A DNA stretch of 64,000 bases from Octopus vulgaris (GCA_951406725.2 OX597816.1:104222001-104286000), one strand, 5' to 3'. Counted from the stretch's first letter, positions 41,900-56,154 are shown. Notes: generated from the letters alone by a model not told the origin. Made by a program: numbers and translations.

Positions 41900-42171
41900 C
41901 ATACATACATATATACATGTAAATAAATAACAGCAGATGGATAATTCCTACACTTGTCAATTCACTACAGCTGTTTCCAACGATTTTCGAGTGTAATGGA
42001 GTTATTACATCACTAGAAAAACCCTGAATCACAAGATTTAAAAACATTCCAATGTCAACGAGATGTGCCTCCTCTTGAATCCAGGACCCTTGCTGTGCAC
42101 ACATTTTACTCTTCGACCCAACCCAGTGCCTTACACTTTAAGTGCCTCATTCACTTGAATCCTGATGTATT

Positions 42172-42249
<78 letters not shown>

Positions 42250-42780
42250 TACATACATAAATACATCCCCCCATATATATATATATTAATAATTTATTTA
42301 GGCAGTACTAACCAAATGTGTACCAAAAAGGAGAACTATAACGGTTATTAAATATGACCGTCTTTTCTACATATTTACTTCTACTTTTATCTCCAAACTC
42401 TGCATCAACCGAAGTTATGCACATACGCATCTGCAAAATCCACGTACATTTAAACGTATACTTACATACATATCAACTATTAGCAATTCTGCTCGTGTTA
42501 TTAACTTTAGGTTAAATCAATATTTTTACTCCTACTCATTCCTTCTACTTTTCCAAATGTTTGTTTCTTTCCAATGTGTATTTGTTTAATTATACAAGAA
42601 TATGTGAGCTACACATTCTGGCAAATAACACATAATCACTATTTGATTATTATTGGTACTTTCAAATTATAATTATTACATACATTTAAACAACAATACT
42701 AACGTGTAAAAGTCTCAACTTACAGTAAACTACATTTTAAGACAGCCAAAATATTCATATCACTTTAAGCATTAAATATT

Positions 42781-43295
42781 TCCTTTGCTAACCTGGTCAT
42801 GGGATACCTAGAAATCAATCTTTATCGTAAGGTACTAGAAAAAATACGACAACCCATTCTCCCTCTACATAGAAAATAACTGGAAGAGGTATCTAGATGA
42901 CTGCTTCATTCTTTGGCATGAAAGTATAGAGAGACTTCAAGAATTTCAAGCCCTTCTAAATGGACTTGACATAATCATTCAATTTACGAAGGAAATTAGC
43001 CACCAACTACTTCCATTCGTCGACATCCTCATAAAGAAATCCAACAACAAAATAGAAACAGGCATATACTATAAGCCCACTGAGTCTAGGCAATATCTAC
43101 CGTTCAACTCAAGCCACCCCAGACACACTAGAACGAATATCCTCTTCAACCTGGCAGAAAGGATTTGTACTATAGTATCTGATACCAGTAACACACGACT
43201 CATCAGTAGGAACTACCCACCATCACTACTTGATACAGGTTTTCAACGTGCCCTACAACTCAACATTCACGAACTCGGACATCCCAAACTAAAGA
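42781..43295 (+). pseudogene. Penelope-like reverse transcriptase fragment (not in ORF track)
   Basis: FANLVMGYLE / NWKRYLDDCFILW...IQFTKE...LPFVDILI...IYYKPT..RQYLPFNSSHPRH...NLAERICTIVSD, which are PLE RT motifs 4-7 plus thumb. Confidence 0.88.
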
Positions 43296-43890
43296 AGGAT
43301 AAACTGTCGATTAAATTACGCAAAAATGAAAATAACACTGACACTGACATTTATGTATATTTACTAAAATTACATAAAAATATTTTGAAATACTAAAGAG
43401 TAAATTTATTCACTAAAATCGCCATTGGCTTCAACCACGGTCTCCAGACGACTTCAGAATCTCCTACAACTCTTCTGGAGGGTCTCCTTGTTTAAGTTGG
43501 CGAATGTTCCCTTAATCCTTGCCTTCAGTTCATCTTTGGTCTTACAAGGAGTTTTATTGGTCTCTCGCACAACTGCGCCCCACACATAATAATCAAGGGA
43601 GTTGCAGATATTAGGCTAGATGTTAGGGTTGATGTGGTCACAGAATTTGTCTGACAGCCATGACTGGGTCTCCTGCTTGTGTGGCATGGTGCAGAGTCCT
43701 GTTGCCAGACATATTGAAGCTTCCGGCAGAGTGAATTGCATCATGGTGAATTGCATCATGGTGCTGTTTTTCTCAGAAACGGTGCCCAACTGACCCTATT
43801 ATTCCGTGTAGTTGACAAAATCAAAAACAAACGAAGAGCCTGCGCGAAATTAAAACTATAAAATTGCGACAATTTACCCATCGCACCCTA
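43296..43890 (-). mobile_element. Internally deleted Tc1/mariner transposon, maT (DD37D)-like
   Basis: Minus-strand remnant 43406-43713: YVWQQDSAPCH..WLSDKFCDHI..CNSLDYYVWG..ELKARI..SRLETVVEANG. End TA-GGGTGCGATGGGTAAATTGTCG at 43890; partial counterpart GGATAAACTGTCG at ~43297. Confidence 0.8.
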
Positions 43891-43925
<35 letters not shown>

Positions 43926-43960
43926 ATGTATGTATGTATGTATGCATGCATGTATAGTTA

Positions 43961-44003
<43 letters not shown>

Positions 44004-45278
44004 AATATACATACATGCTGACAGAAATACTCAAACATATATCACGCAGCTCCCATATTTCTGGAGACTTCCCGTGAAAAATTACTGTACTATTAGAAGT
44101 TTAGCCTGTAGACTCATATACGGAAGGTAACAACAATCATATTGGTCAATAGTAGATTATCAAAACGACACCAAAAAGCAATATATAACATAATGAATTG
44201 TCAATATCATTAAAAGCCAACAAATTAGTAGAATCTTTTGAGCGTCAGATAGAATGTCTTTTTGAATATGTGCGAGCTTTGATGTTAATTCGCGATTGTT
44301 CTTTCTTCTACGTCAGCTTCTCGAAAAAGTCGACATGTTACCTTGACTTGGATAAAAGTTGACAGGATGTTATCTTGTAAAAATACAATTAGTAAGGTCA
44401 GCAGAAAACTTTTTGCTTTCGCCAAAGTAAGTTCTATGAGAAATATGACGCATAGTTTTTCTCAAAGAATTCTCTAGTGTTCTTTCGTTGATCCGATGAA
44501 CGTGTAATTAAAATTCTTTACTCTCATCCAACATAATCCGATTACTTAACGAAAAGATATCTAAATTTTTTCTTATCTAAAACACCTTTTATAGGAATAT
44601 TTGCACAAAGGAAATATTTTGTGCGTAGTTTATCTTTCGTTGATTGAATCTGCTATACTAAGTCGTTGATAGTGAATTAATGACAAACTTAATCATAGTT
44701 GGTCATAGGGTAGCATTTATAAAATCAGTGTAGAGTATCAGTGACAAGGCTGTAAATGCATGACGAATAAACAAATATATCAAGAGAAAACATTTAAACT
44801 TTGAGCCAATAGATGACATTCCAAGCATCCGTGACCCGCGAGACGCAGTAGACAAGTTTCCCTTAAAATCAGACTCTTCTGTCTTAAAGAAGCTGATAGC
44901 TAGGATTAAATCAGTTAACGTTGTAGCAAGCATATGATAAACTCAATAAAAAGACGACATGACAATGACCAAATTGCTTTTGTTCAAATCCATGCTTAAC
45001 CTAGACTGAACGAGGAGTAAACATTAATAACACGAACACATAGAAGTGTAAAATAAAATATTAGTAAAAATGATGGTATTTGGTTTAAGTTGCTAACATG
45101 ACTTGCAACGTTTGAATTTCAACACGCAACCTTTGACGAAATCACTTGTAAAACAAATACAATATGATGTAGCTCAATTACGGTTACACATTTAATGTAA
45201 GCGACCGTTGAGAAATTAATTAGATTGAATTCTACGCTGTACAAGGAAATTAATACTTTTTTATGAGTAATATTATTT

Positions 45279-45451
45279 CAGCGTGGAAGGTGTTTGTAAG
45301 CCATTTAAGAGATGCAGCACGGATTTTTGTCAGTGAACTGGTCACGGTCTTAAAGCGACGAAAATATTTTGACAAATTAAACTTAAATGTTGAAGTGAAT
45401 CGAACGGCTTTTGTGTATTTCTTAAATGGCTTACAAACACCTTCCACGCTG
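45279..45451. mobile_element. MITE with 32-bp perfect inverted repeats
   Basis: CAGCGTGGAAGGTGTTTGTAAGCCATTTAAGA (45279-45310) and its exact reverse complement (45420-45451). Confidence 0.85.
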
Positions 45452-45649
45452 CAATTGTTTTTGTTTCAGCACACAATCTCAGATCAGATCACTTGCTATG
45501 CAAGTACATCTCTGTAAATATTATTTCAATTATTGTTTTAATTACCATAGCTAGTACAGAAACAGTTTTAGACAAGTATCAGTCTTACCAGATGTTCTCA
45601 GGTGAGAAATTCACTCGGCAAATGTACAATATTGAACAACATAATAATA

Positions 45650-45990
45650 TACGAGGAAAGCAGAATTTTGCAATGATATTTTATTCATTTGGTTTTACAT
45701 GTTTACACTTTTATCACCTTCAAATCATTCTCCTTTTGAAGCAATGCATCGGTTCAGAACGTTTTCCTCAGCAGAAAACAGAATTTCACGGAAGCACACT
45801 GTTTCTTCCTTTCAGCCATAGCAAAATTCGACGAACAGGGGAGAAACACTGTACAACAAAGACGCACCACGTAGCAGTAAGACTTCAGCTGACTGATGCC
45901 TGACGGTCGCACTGATTGGCCTCTAACGGTGGAAACCCGAACTACAATGTGCTTGTTCCACAGAGAATGTTTCACGTTACTTTTGGGTAG
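45650..45990 (-). mobile_element. Internally deleted mariner
   Basis: N-terminus MAERKKQCASVKFCFLL is joined directly to C-terminus NRCIASKGE*FEGDK. TA-CGAGG end at 45650. Confidence 0.65.
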
Positions 45991-46812
45991 TATTTTGTGA
46001 TATGTTGTGCGATAACATAGTATAGAGATAATATGCTTTTCGGAAGGATATATTACTCTAACATATCATCTTCAGGTCAATTCATTTTAAACTTGTTTCA
46101 TTATAATCTGTTAATATACACACATTACCGCATGTTTTGGGTGTAACAGAATATTTTCTACAAATGTTTTAAAGTCCGAGATTAACTGTTGCTAATAAGA
46201 TTATGCTTTCCTTTTACGATTATTAAGATCATCTCTAAAGATAACATTTAAAGAATAATATTTACTTCTACATAATATTTTAATGGGTTTAAATGCTAAT
46301 CGTCTGGTTGAGCAGATAGTATCAAGGGATATTCGTATTATAAGCTTTTCTTTCTATTGCAAACTGTACTTCTGTCAAGTAAAGCACTGATGCATATAAA
46401 TGTAAACATTAAAAATACAGCAAATCTCAAAAGATGAGGATGTTAGTTACATTAGTTTAATCTAATTTTTACATCCTTCTTACTATAACAAGATTCCATA
46501 TTTATGTGCGTATGACGAAAAGATGAGGCTATTCCTGCTGAGTATTCATATGCAGTTTACAGATATTACAAAAAACGCAATGAAAATGTACAGACATAAC
46601 ACAACCACACATAAGCGTTCTAACATGTACATATATACTAACATACATATGCATATACAGAAATTGTCACCATTATGAACTAATTTGGATTTTGATCTAT
46701 TTATTTTAAAGTACAACTTTGTTCTATTTATTTTTGCTATGGTGACTGAACACAATGTGTTCATCCGCTAAATGTCAGTAGATCGGTTGTATATTCAGAT
46801 ACATAAGTGTGC

Positions 46813-47722
46813 ATGAAGGTATGTGTGTATGTATATGTATGTAACAAGAAATACATAGCAGCATTTGCAATCATCTTTACTACATGTGCATTAGATTGCC
46901 CTACATATTTTTGCACAAGCAATGTCGTCCTATAGTCTAAGTAATAATAAACTTATGAAGGTCACCATATAAATATGTCTTTCATTATTTTGTCTTCCTC
47001 CACAGCCTTTTGAAGCACCGACAGCTAAATTATTTAAAGCAATAATTTGAAGCATGTAGTCAAACAAAAATGGTAATTCACAGCTGTCTGCAAAGTAAAA
47101 AGATAAAGGCCTTGGTGCAAACAAATAGAAAAAAAAACATCCAGTGGTTATCGTTTCGATTCCTTGATCAATGATCTAGACATACCAAATTGTTAAAGAA
47201 CTAGGAAACATCACTCAATGATTTCTGAAGCAAGAACTTACCAAAATTAACGTTCTCGTATTGAGGGCTATACTAATATAAGAAATTATTATTTGAGTTT
47301 TTCGAAGGCCAACGATAATAACCTCAAATTTAAATTTCATTTCTTTCATTCTTGATACTATGTCTTTTGATGTTACAGCTATATTATAAAGAAGTATGCC
47401 AAGAGACTTCTATAAAGTTGTTGAACTTGTTAGAAATACAAACTCGATCTTCATCATATCTCACCAAACGAGCATAAAAAGAAGGAAACTACTGAATAAT
47501 ATAGACCCAAAATTATATGTTTGCAGAAGCAATGTCGTCCTACTGTGTAAGCAATAATTAACTTATGAAGGTCACCATATAAACATTTCTTTCATTATTT
47601 CGTCTTCCTCCACAGCCTTTTACCTTTAAAAACCACGCTTGCTATCCTGCGAGGCATAGTTAGTGTCCAAAAGTCAAAAGATTTCTATCAAACATTGAGG
47701 ACTATCAACATGAATTAAAAGA

Positions 47723-47762
<40 letters not shown>

Positions 47763-48021
47763 TCATATAAAATAATATATAATATTATATCTATGTATAC
47801 TTTTACATACACACACACACATATCTGTAGTTTGATGTATGGGTAGGTAGATACATAGATATGTGTGTGAGTGAGTATGTGCGTGTTTCTGTGTGAATAT
47901 ACAGTTACATATGTATGGATGAAGGTATGTGTGTATGTATATGTATGTAACAAGAACTACATAGCAGCATTTGCAATCTTCTTTACTACATACATATGCA
48001 TTAGATTGCCCTACATATTTT
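46813..48021 (+). repeat. Permuted local duplication A-B ... B' ... A'
   Basis: A 46813-46910 ~ A' 47919-48021; B 46910-47010 ~ B' 47520-47620. Confidence 0.85.
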
Positions 48022-49049
48022 CAATATTAGGATAAAGCATTGGATTTAGCACTTTAATCATTTGTAGATAAAGCAAACAAAAACATCTATGATAACAATG
48101 TCTGTGTGTACGTGCGTGTATCTATCTGTGTGTATCCGTGTGCGAAAGGAAATGAAAATGAAAATTGTGTCCTTTGAGAGAGAGAGAGAAGGAAAAAAAA
48201 AATCTCAGCTTGTTCAAGGAGATCAGCGAAGACGTTTCAGGATGAAAAAAAAAATAAGAAAAAGAAAAAGAAAATAAAGCGGGCTTGCAGCAGTGAATAT
48301 CAATCACATTAGATGAAATAATGTCAGCAATGGAGTCCATGTTATTACAGAGAGACAACGTAGATTATTATGTCTGCTGTGGCAAACATAATTTACTGAA
48401 AACAATACTACAAAACATATTCTTAACAAGCATGATATAACAGTAAATTCGCAAGTCGATTCTATGTTAAATGGTTTCGAACTATTGATCATTTCACTTT
48501 TTCTTATCCGACCTTCAATGCTTTTTTTGCCCATTATCTGCAAGTAAAGCTGTTGGCTTCCATAAAATTTTCTATCTATTTATGTTGACTTTTTTTAAAC
48601 ATTAAAATTTATTTTTTAAAAATACAATTGCTTCTTAATATATTCTTTCGTGTTCGTTTTGTTTTGCTTCATTTTGCTTTCAAATTAACGCTTTAATACA
48701 AAATATGACGCCTACTGTTGAAATTACACGCGAATACACACTCATGCATATGTACATATATAGTTACGTTACACACATATATATGTACATATATATGTAT
48801 ATGAGTAAATGTGTATATATATATATATGTGATTTTAATATTTCAGCGGCAAGTGTTTTAGTTTCCATAAAATATTAATTTCATATACATAGAAACACAC
48901 ACATACACTCACTCACACAAACACACAAACACACATACACAAACACGCATGCACACACACATGGACACACACAGAGAAATATATATGGACATGGAGAGTG
49001 ACGAGGAATTAGTACTTTGCCACGAGCTGTATGTACGTATGTATATACT

Positions 49050-49093
<44 letters not shown>

Positions 49094-49234
49094 TGTGTGT
49101 ATGTACGTATGTATGCATATATATAAATGTGTGAGTGCGTTACAGATTCTAAGTTCGATAGGTTTTTGAGCTCATATATGTGCAATTTTATATTTCCCTG
49201 AGATAATAGGATACCGAAAAAGAAATTAAGAGTA

Positions 49235-49314
<80 letters not shown>

Positions 49315-49974
49315 GCGGAATGACAGAGGTAGAAAGAGAACTTGGGGAAATAATAAGAGTAGTTACCCAAATTTTATTTTTACGAGTTTGAGGAATATAT
49401 CTTGTTTTACTTTCATATTTTAAATATCAGTTAAGCTGCGTTTGCATATCAGCGATAAACTTAGAAACAGATAAAGACATTCCATACACTAACATATCAC
49501 AAACACTTTCTACATACATCCAAACTATAAAATTAAGCTCAAATACATAGTGAGTGCTGAGAATGTGAGGTACATGTACTATGTCTATGTGTCTCTGTAG
49601 ACATACATACACACATACATATACATACATACATACATACATACATACATACATACATACATACATACATACATAGGTGTGTCATTGTCTGTATGCGTGT
49701 GTGTGTGTGCGTGTGCGTGTATGTGTTGGACAGCATTTATTAAACTGCTTAAAATATAGATCGCTTAGATCTAATCAACATTGATGCCGGTGGTAGTTTG
49801 ACAGAACTTAAGTAAAACTAGTAACCCACGCACACCAACCACACATATGTGCACTCACATGTAGTGTATATGTATGCATGCCAAAGCTATAGAGTTACTT
49901 TTTCAGTGATTAGGTCTGAAAATGCGAAAGAACTGAAGGAATGAACAAATCAGTACAGAGCACACATATACCTC

Positions 49975-50198
49975 TTTCTTTACTACCCACAAGGGGCTAA
50001 ACACAGAGGGGGCAAGCAAGGACAGACAAAGGGATTAAGTCGATTAGATCGACCCCAGTGCGTAACTGATACTTAATTTATCGACCCCGAAAGGATGAAA
50101 GGCAAAGTCAACCTCGGCGGAATTTGAACTCAGAGCGTAACGGCAGACGAAATACGGCTACGCATTTCGCCTGGCGTGCTAACGTTTCTGCCAGCTCG
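49975..50198 (-). mobile_element. SINE family A, monomeric, near complete
   Basis: CGAGCTGGCAGAAACGTTAGCACGCC...GAGTTCAAATTCCGCCGAGGTTGACTTTGCCTTTCATCCTTTCGGGGTCGATAAATTAAGTA. Confidence 0.9.
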
Positions 50199-50819
50199 TT
50201 ATATCCACTCCTTTATTTCTTATTAGTACTCTATACTATAAATTGACAAAACGTTTCGTGCCTCTAACAAATGAACACCGAACAAATTCAAAATCAGTTA
50301 CTGGCGATGTTTTACACGCCTGTAAATGTTTGTTTCTATCTTTTTGACAAACGGTTAATATGTCTTTTCCCCCAATTATCTATATTAAGTAATTCTTTAG
50401 GATAACAATATCTCTGTAGGATACATGTATTTAATATGATGTTGGATTCTTAAAATTCTCCTTATTGTTTATCATCATTTAATATGGGTGTTCGTTTTTA
50501 TGTGTGGTTTATAATTTTTTTCTCATATACTTGATACATCATTGTGATTATGTCATAAAGTGATATTATAAACAAAATTGGAGACATCCATAGATATATA
50601 CGCCTGCTAAAACAGTACTAATCTGGTATTAAGCAAAAATAATACCATCTGAATTTTTTAGATAAAATTCTTTCTTATATTGGGTCAAGGCCAGTAATTT
50701 TAATGGGAGACGATAAATCGAATTCAATGATCTTAGTAGTTAAATGGTACTATTGTATCGACCTTGAAAGAATGAATAACCATCTTGGTCGACACTCCGA
50801 TGACTGTGTCAGCATATCA

Positions 50820-51290
50820 AACTCTATTTATTGATCGGTATGAGCGTTCATTGTAATTATAATATCTTAGCAAAAAAGTTTGATAAGCTCGGAAAATATA
50901 AAGATCTACTCATTGAAGTCGAAAAAATGTGGCATATCAAGACGGTTACAGTGCAAGTGATTGTAGGAGCACTTGAAATTATGAAAAACAGGAAGTGTAA
51001 ACTATTTGAGAATGATCCTTAGCATACTATCCATGCGAGATGCGTAAAAGATTGTTCTAACTAGCATGTCAAACGTATTGAGAAGTGCATTGTGAATTTT
51101 CTTTCTTTGTCCCCTTTTTCTTTGTTTTCTTTTTTCTTTTTTATCTTTTAGTTTTTCCTATTTTCTAGTTTCTTTATTCTTTCTTTCTTTTTCCTCTTTC
51201 CTTCTATCACATAGCTTGACTTTGTAAATGAACAATCTGTTATGTACATTTTAATAGCCTACCAATTTATGCAATACGTTTCTTAGATAT
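50820..51290 (+). mobile_element. RLE-LINE 3' fragment 1 (R4/Dong-like)
   Basis: KFDKLGKYKDLLIEVEKMW..TVQVIVGAL, homologous to the C-terminus of ORF 57397-58308; T-rich 3' UTR. Confidence 0.75.
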
Positions 51291-51299
51291 AGACACCTA

Positions 51300-52262
51300 A
51301 GTAGGTAATAGTGAAGGAAGTTTATAAAGAGCTACTAGAGTTACAGCAAAACATAGGGAAGCCAAAAAGCCAAACGAAGTTAAAAACTAGAAACAAGAAC
51401 AAATGTTCTCTGACTGGCAGGAGAAGGCGTTGCATCGTAGATTCCCAAAGATATCTGCAGCAAATGATAATAGTGAGACATAGTTACGGTCGAGAAAGGA
51501 AGGTTGGAAAGGGAGAAGGAAGTTTGTTAGTAGCAGCACACAATCAAGCATTAAGGACTAATTGGATAAAAGCCAAGATAGAAAAAACCAAATAGATTCC
51601 CAATGTAGGTTATGCAAATCAAAAGATGAAAGCGTTACTCATATAGTAAGTGAATGTAGGATGCTGTCATAAGAAGAGTACAAGGAAACATGACAACCCA
51701 AGAAGAGTAATCCGTTGAGAGTTATGTAGAAAGCTAGGATCTGACCATACTGATAAATGGTATGAAGATAAACCTAGTAAAGTAGGAAATACAAGATGTT
51801 GTGTGACTTTGACATTCAAACTGACAGAGTAATAGAAGCATGATTTAGTAGTAGATAAATAGAATAGAAAGTGCCAGATAATTGACTTTACAATCCCAAA
51901 TGATGAAAAAATCAATATGAGAGATATGGAAAAATAGCGAAGTACCAGGACTCAGCTATTGAATTACAGAAACTATGGTAAGGGTGGGCAAAATGTATCT
52001 CGATAGGTATAGGTGCATAGGGAATTAACCTGAAAGATCTGAACCGATGGATAGAGGAAATAGGCATAAAACCTAGTTCAGTATAGCTCCAGAAAATAGT
52101 GTTATTAGGGACAGCTAGGATGCGGAGGAGGCTTCTTTGCATCTAAGGTTACTTGTTGTCACCCGATGTTAGGATTTTTTTCTTTTCCAACAGTCTAATA
52201 TGTTGTGTGTGTATGAGAATAACAACAGCAACAATAATAATAACAATTACATAATAATAATT
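51300..52262 (+). mobile_element. RLE-LINE 3' fragment 2
   Basis: LLVAAHNQALRTN, CRLC..DESVTHIVSEC (CCHC), KIAKYQD..IELQKLW, QKIVLLGTAR; ends in degenerate (AAT/AAC)n. Confidence 0.8.
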
Positions 52263-52269
52263 ACCCAAT

Positions 52270-52945
52270 TGCATAAAATACGGAATAAACAACACATCAT
52301 AAAGTGATAAGTGCAGAATTTATAAAGAAGATGCGAAACCGTATGGCATATTACCAGTAAATATAAGAGACGTCATGAATATAAGAGACGTCAATATAGC
52401 AAGGATTGTCCATTGGACACTTTGCAACAGGTATGGACTTGACACAGAAAAAAAGTGGTACGAACATAAACACGAAGGCATCATCAAAAATTATAATGCA
52501 AAGATCCTATGGAATTTTATGATTCAGTGCGACCGCGAGCTAGAGAATAAAAAACCAGACATAATGTCAATTGAGAAAGAAAACAGACGATGCTGGATCA
52601 TAAATATAGCATGTCCAGCTGACAACAAGTTATGCGATAAGGAAGGAAAAAGTTGATAGATATGACAGGTTAGCTTGGAAGGTTAAGCAGTTTTGATCGC
52701 TGAAAAAGGTGGTAGTAGTACTAATAACTGCCAAAGTCCTGGGAATAGTGAGTAAAAATCTTGAGAAGTCCATGGAACAAATGTGGGTTGCAATAAGTGT
52801 GGAGCACTTGCAGAAGACTGCACTGCTTGGAACCGCTCGAATACTCCAGGTGGTCCTTGAAAAATAAGCGGTGTTACCTTAGTTCATGGTAGTGAACAGC
52901 TGGGACCGTAGTACATCTCCAGTGTTAGAAGCTGGAGATGTACTA

Positions 52946-52947
<2 letters not shown>
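52270..52947 (+). mobile_element. RLE-LINE 3' fragment 3
   Basis: IARIVHWTLC..KKWYEH..ILWNFMIQCD..KPDI..INIACP, LQKTALLGTARIL; terminal hairpin then (AAT)n. Confidence 0.85.

Positions 52948-53024
<77 letters not shown>
52948..53024. repeat. (AAT)n microsatellite between LINE copies
   Basis: Perfect run of ~25 units. Confidence 0.95.
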
Positions 53025-54699
53025 GGATACACCGGGGGACGTTTAAGATGTAAGAACGATAAAACAGAGCTCTGAAATCTATCCACAAACATCGAAAACA
53101 AGGACATCGTATGGAACCAAAGATTTACTAAAAAAGAATTGAACTGTACTCGAGTAAGTAATACTCATTGAAATTTATTGCTATTTTCCAAACGAAATGA
53201 TGTATTTTAACTCGATATCATCTCCACCTCTAACACAACACATGTAAACATGCGTGAAACATTACGATCCGCAACACCAGATAATCTCCGACCCCAAACA
53301 CCACGTACAAAAAAACTACAAAGAAATTAAATAACCGATATTATTCAACCCAAGAATAACAATCAGGAGGTACGTACTTTAAACTTACAACACAAAATGT
53401 ACGAAAAACTACACGTGCAAAACAATGTGACAACAGAAATGAACGGACCGGTACCCTACCAAAATGACGACCGTCAAAATAATGGGCCGGACGTTGTTCC
53501 TCATGTGCCCGCAAATAAAACCCAAAAGACATAAATGGACACGTGAGGAATACATTTCTATCCTACACGCATACTTCACAGCAGTGCTCTACCCAAAAAA
53601 TGAAAACACAACAACACATACATATAAAATATGGAAGGAAAATAACATAAATATAGACTTGGATACAGCAATGAACCCTAATAAACTAGCTAACGTACGA
53701 AGATACATTCTCAACGCAAGAAAATATCAGAAATAGAAATAGAACATCTAAAAGAAAAAATACACCGGGAAAATGTAGATAGAAGCCACACAACAATGCC
53801 CAATAATATAAACACTGAAACAGTAAAACACGAAGACAAACATAACATTCCCAACAAACACGATGTAAACAAAAAACAACAAACCCAGACCGTAAGGATG
53901 CATAATGATACACGACAAGCAGCAAGCCAAAACACGGCAAACAAACATATAAATAAGAAAGAAAGCGACATAAATCTAAAACCTGGAAACAACGAAGGGG
54001 AGCCTAATGATTATGATAATATAAAAAGTAAAATAGTCAAAGAACTGAAAACCACAGAGCTCAAAATGGACCACCGACCATACCTCCCAAAAATCAAAAT
54101 AGACGAAGCAACAACACCAATTATAAACAACATAAACCTAGCCGTCATGGAACTAATAGCCACTGAAACAAAAAGCGATATCACTGAGCTAAATGACTTA
54201 GTATACGCAGCAGCCACTGCAGCCACAAAAGAAGCTTGATACTCACTCAACCTCATCCAAACAAGAGTACCACCACCCAAACAAACCCTGTGGATAAATA
54301 ACATCCAAAACAAAATACAAAAAATGAGAAAAGATCTGTCGATTCTTAATGAAATCAGTAGACAATCAACGCTACTGAGCAACAAAAAGAACACAAAAAT
54401 ACTCCGCAAATATAACATCACAGAAAAAGATTTACCTGAGATAAAAGAAAAGCTGAAGCAAGATATCCTTGCCAAAGCGCAAAGGATCCGCCGGTACGAG
54501 AAACGCCAGCGCTTCTTTGAACAAAACAAACATTTCAACTCCAACCCCAAAAAGGTCTACCAAGAAGTTGGCAAAAATAAAATAGAAATCACTGCAGCAC
54601 CAACGGCAGAAGAAGTGGAAGAATTCTGGAGAGAAATATGGTCGGCGAACGAACAACAAAAAAAGGATTATTAAAACAGCAAAATCAGCATCTGAGCAA

Positions 54700-56154
54700 C
54701 TTTGGACCCCCATAACAACTGAAGAGGTCACCCAGGCACTGCAAAGACTAAGCAACTGTAAGGCACCTGGGCATGACAAGATCCCCAACTTCTGGTTGAA
54801 ATATCTAACAGGAATGCACAAAAAGCTGGCTGAAAACTTTAACAACATACTAGCAGAGCCAGAGACAATGCCTGAATGGCTCACGAAGGGGAAAACCATC
54901 TTAATTCCCAAATCAAATGAGACAGCAAAACCAGAAAACTACAGACCAATAACCTGTCTCCCTACAATGTACAAGGCATTTACTGCAGTGATATCGCAAA
55001 GGTTGAACAAGCACCTGGACGAAAACAACCTGTTTCAGAAGAGCAGAAAGGATGCCGCAAGGGCTCATATGGCTGTAAAGATCAACTAATGATTAATAAA
55101 GCCATAACTGAAGACAGCCACAGAAAGAAGAAAGGCCTCAGTATGGCCTGGATCGACTACAAAAAGGCGTATGATAGCATCCCTCACACATGGATCCTCG
55201 AAACGCTAGCCATTAACAAAGTAGCACCAACAATTATAAAATTCATAGGGCACTCTATGAATAAATGGCAAACAGTGCTACAGCTCCAAACAAAAGAGGG
55301 ACTCATGAAAACAAAAGCCATCCCCATTAGAAGAGGAATATTCCAGGGAGACACGCTTTCTCACTCCTTTTCTGCTTGGCACTGTCACCTCTATTGGATA
55401 TGCTAAACAGAACTGGATGCGGATATAAATGTTACGGCAAAACGATCAGCCACCTTTTATATATGGATGACCTAAAACTATACGCTGCAAATGACAAACA
55501 GCTGGAAACACTACTAAAGACAGTTCATGGATTTACCAAAGAAATAGATATGAAATTTGGATTAGAAAAATGCGCCAAAGTAACCATGAAAAGAGGAAAA
55601 CTAGTTAAGAGTAGCAACATCACACTAGATAAAACCAATGAAATAAAAGAATTAGACCAAAGCCAAACTTACAAATACTTAGGAATCCATGAACTAAATA
55701 AAACACAACACACACAAATGAAAGCGAAAATAAAAAAAAGAATATTATAGACGAGTTAGATCAATACTAAAAACAGAGCTCAATGCTAAAAACAAGATAA
55801 TAGGTATTAACACTTTAGCTGTCCCAGTTATAAGTTACAGCTACAATATTGTTAACTGGACACTAAATGAACTGACCAAAATAGATAGGAAAACAAGAAA
55901 AATAATGACAGGATCTAGGATGCATCACCCAATATCTGACATAGAAAGACTATATATAAAACGTATAGAAGGTCGTAGAGGCCTTATACAGCTGGAAAAC
56001 TACTATAAAATAACCACCATAGGACTGCAAAAATATCTACTTCAGAAGGAAGGAAAACTTATAAAAATATCGGCAAAACACGAGCAAAACAAAAAACTGT
56101 TCTCAGTATTTAAGGAAGCTGACAAATACAAACAAGAAATCATACCACCTAATA
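54700..56154 (+). pseudogene. Dong/R4 reverse transcriptase domain, frameshifted
   Basis: ORFs 54796-55089, 55089-55406, 55376-55750 and 55905-56171 carry successive RT motifs. Confidence 0.92.

Noticed and set aside
49975-50198. tRNA gene
   Set aside because: A and B boxes are present, but there is no cloverleaf and the sequence continues into a SINE body.
53025-53250. HDV-like ribozyme at the Dong 5' end
   Set aside because: I could not assemble P1, P2 and P3 pairings from the sequence.
54011-54911. Antisense ORFs of 179 and 159 aa within the Dong element
   Set aside because: Shadow frames of an A-rich coding strand with no recognisable motifs.
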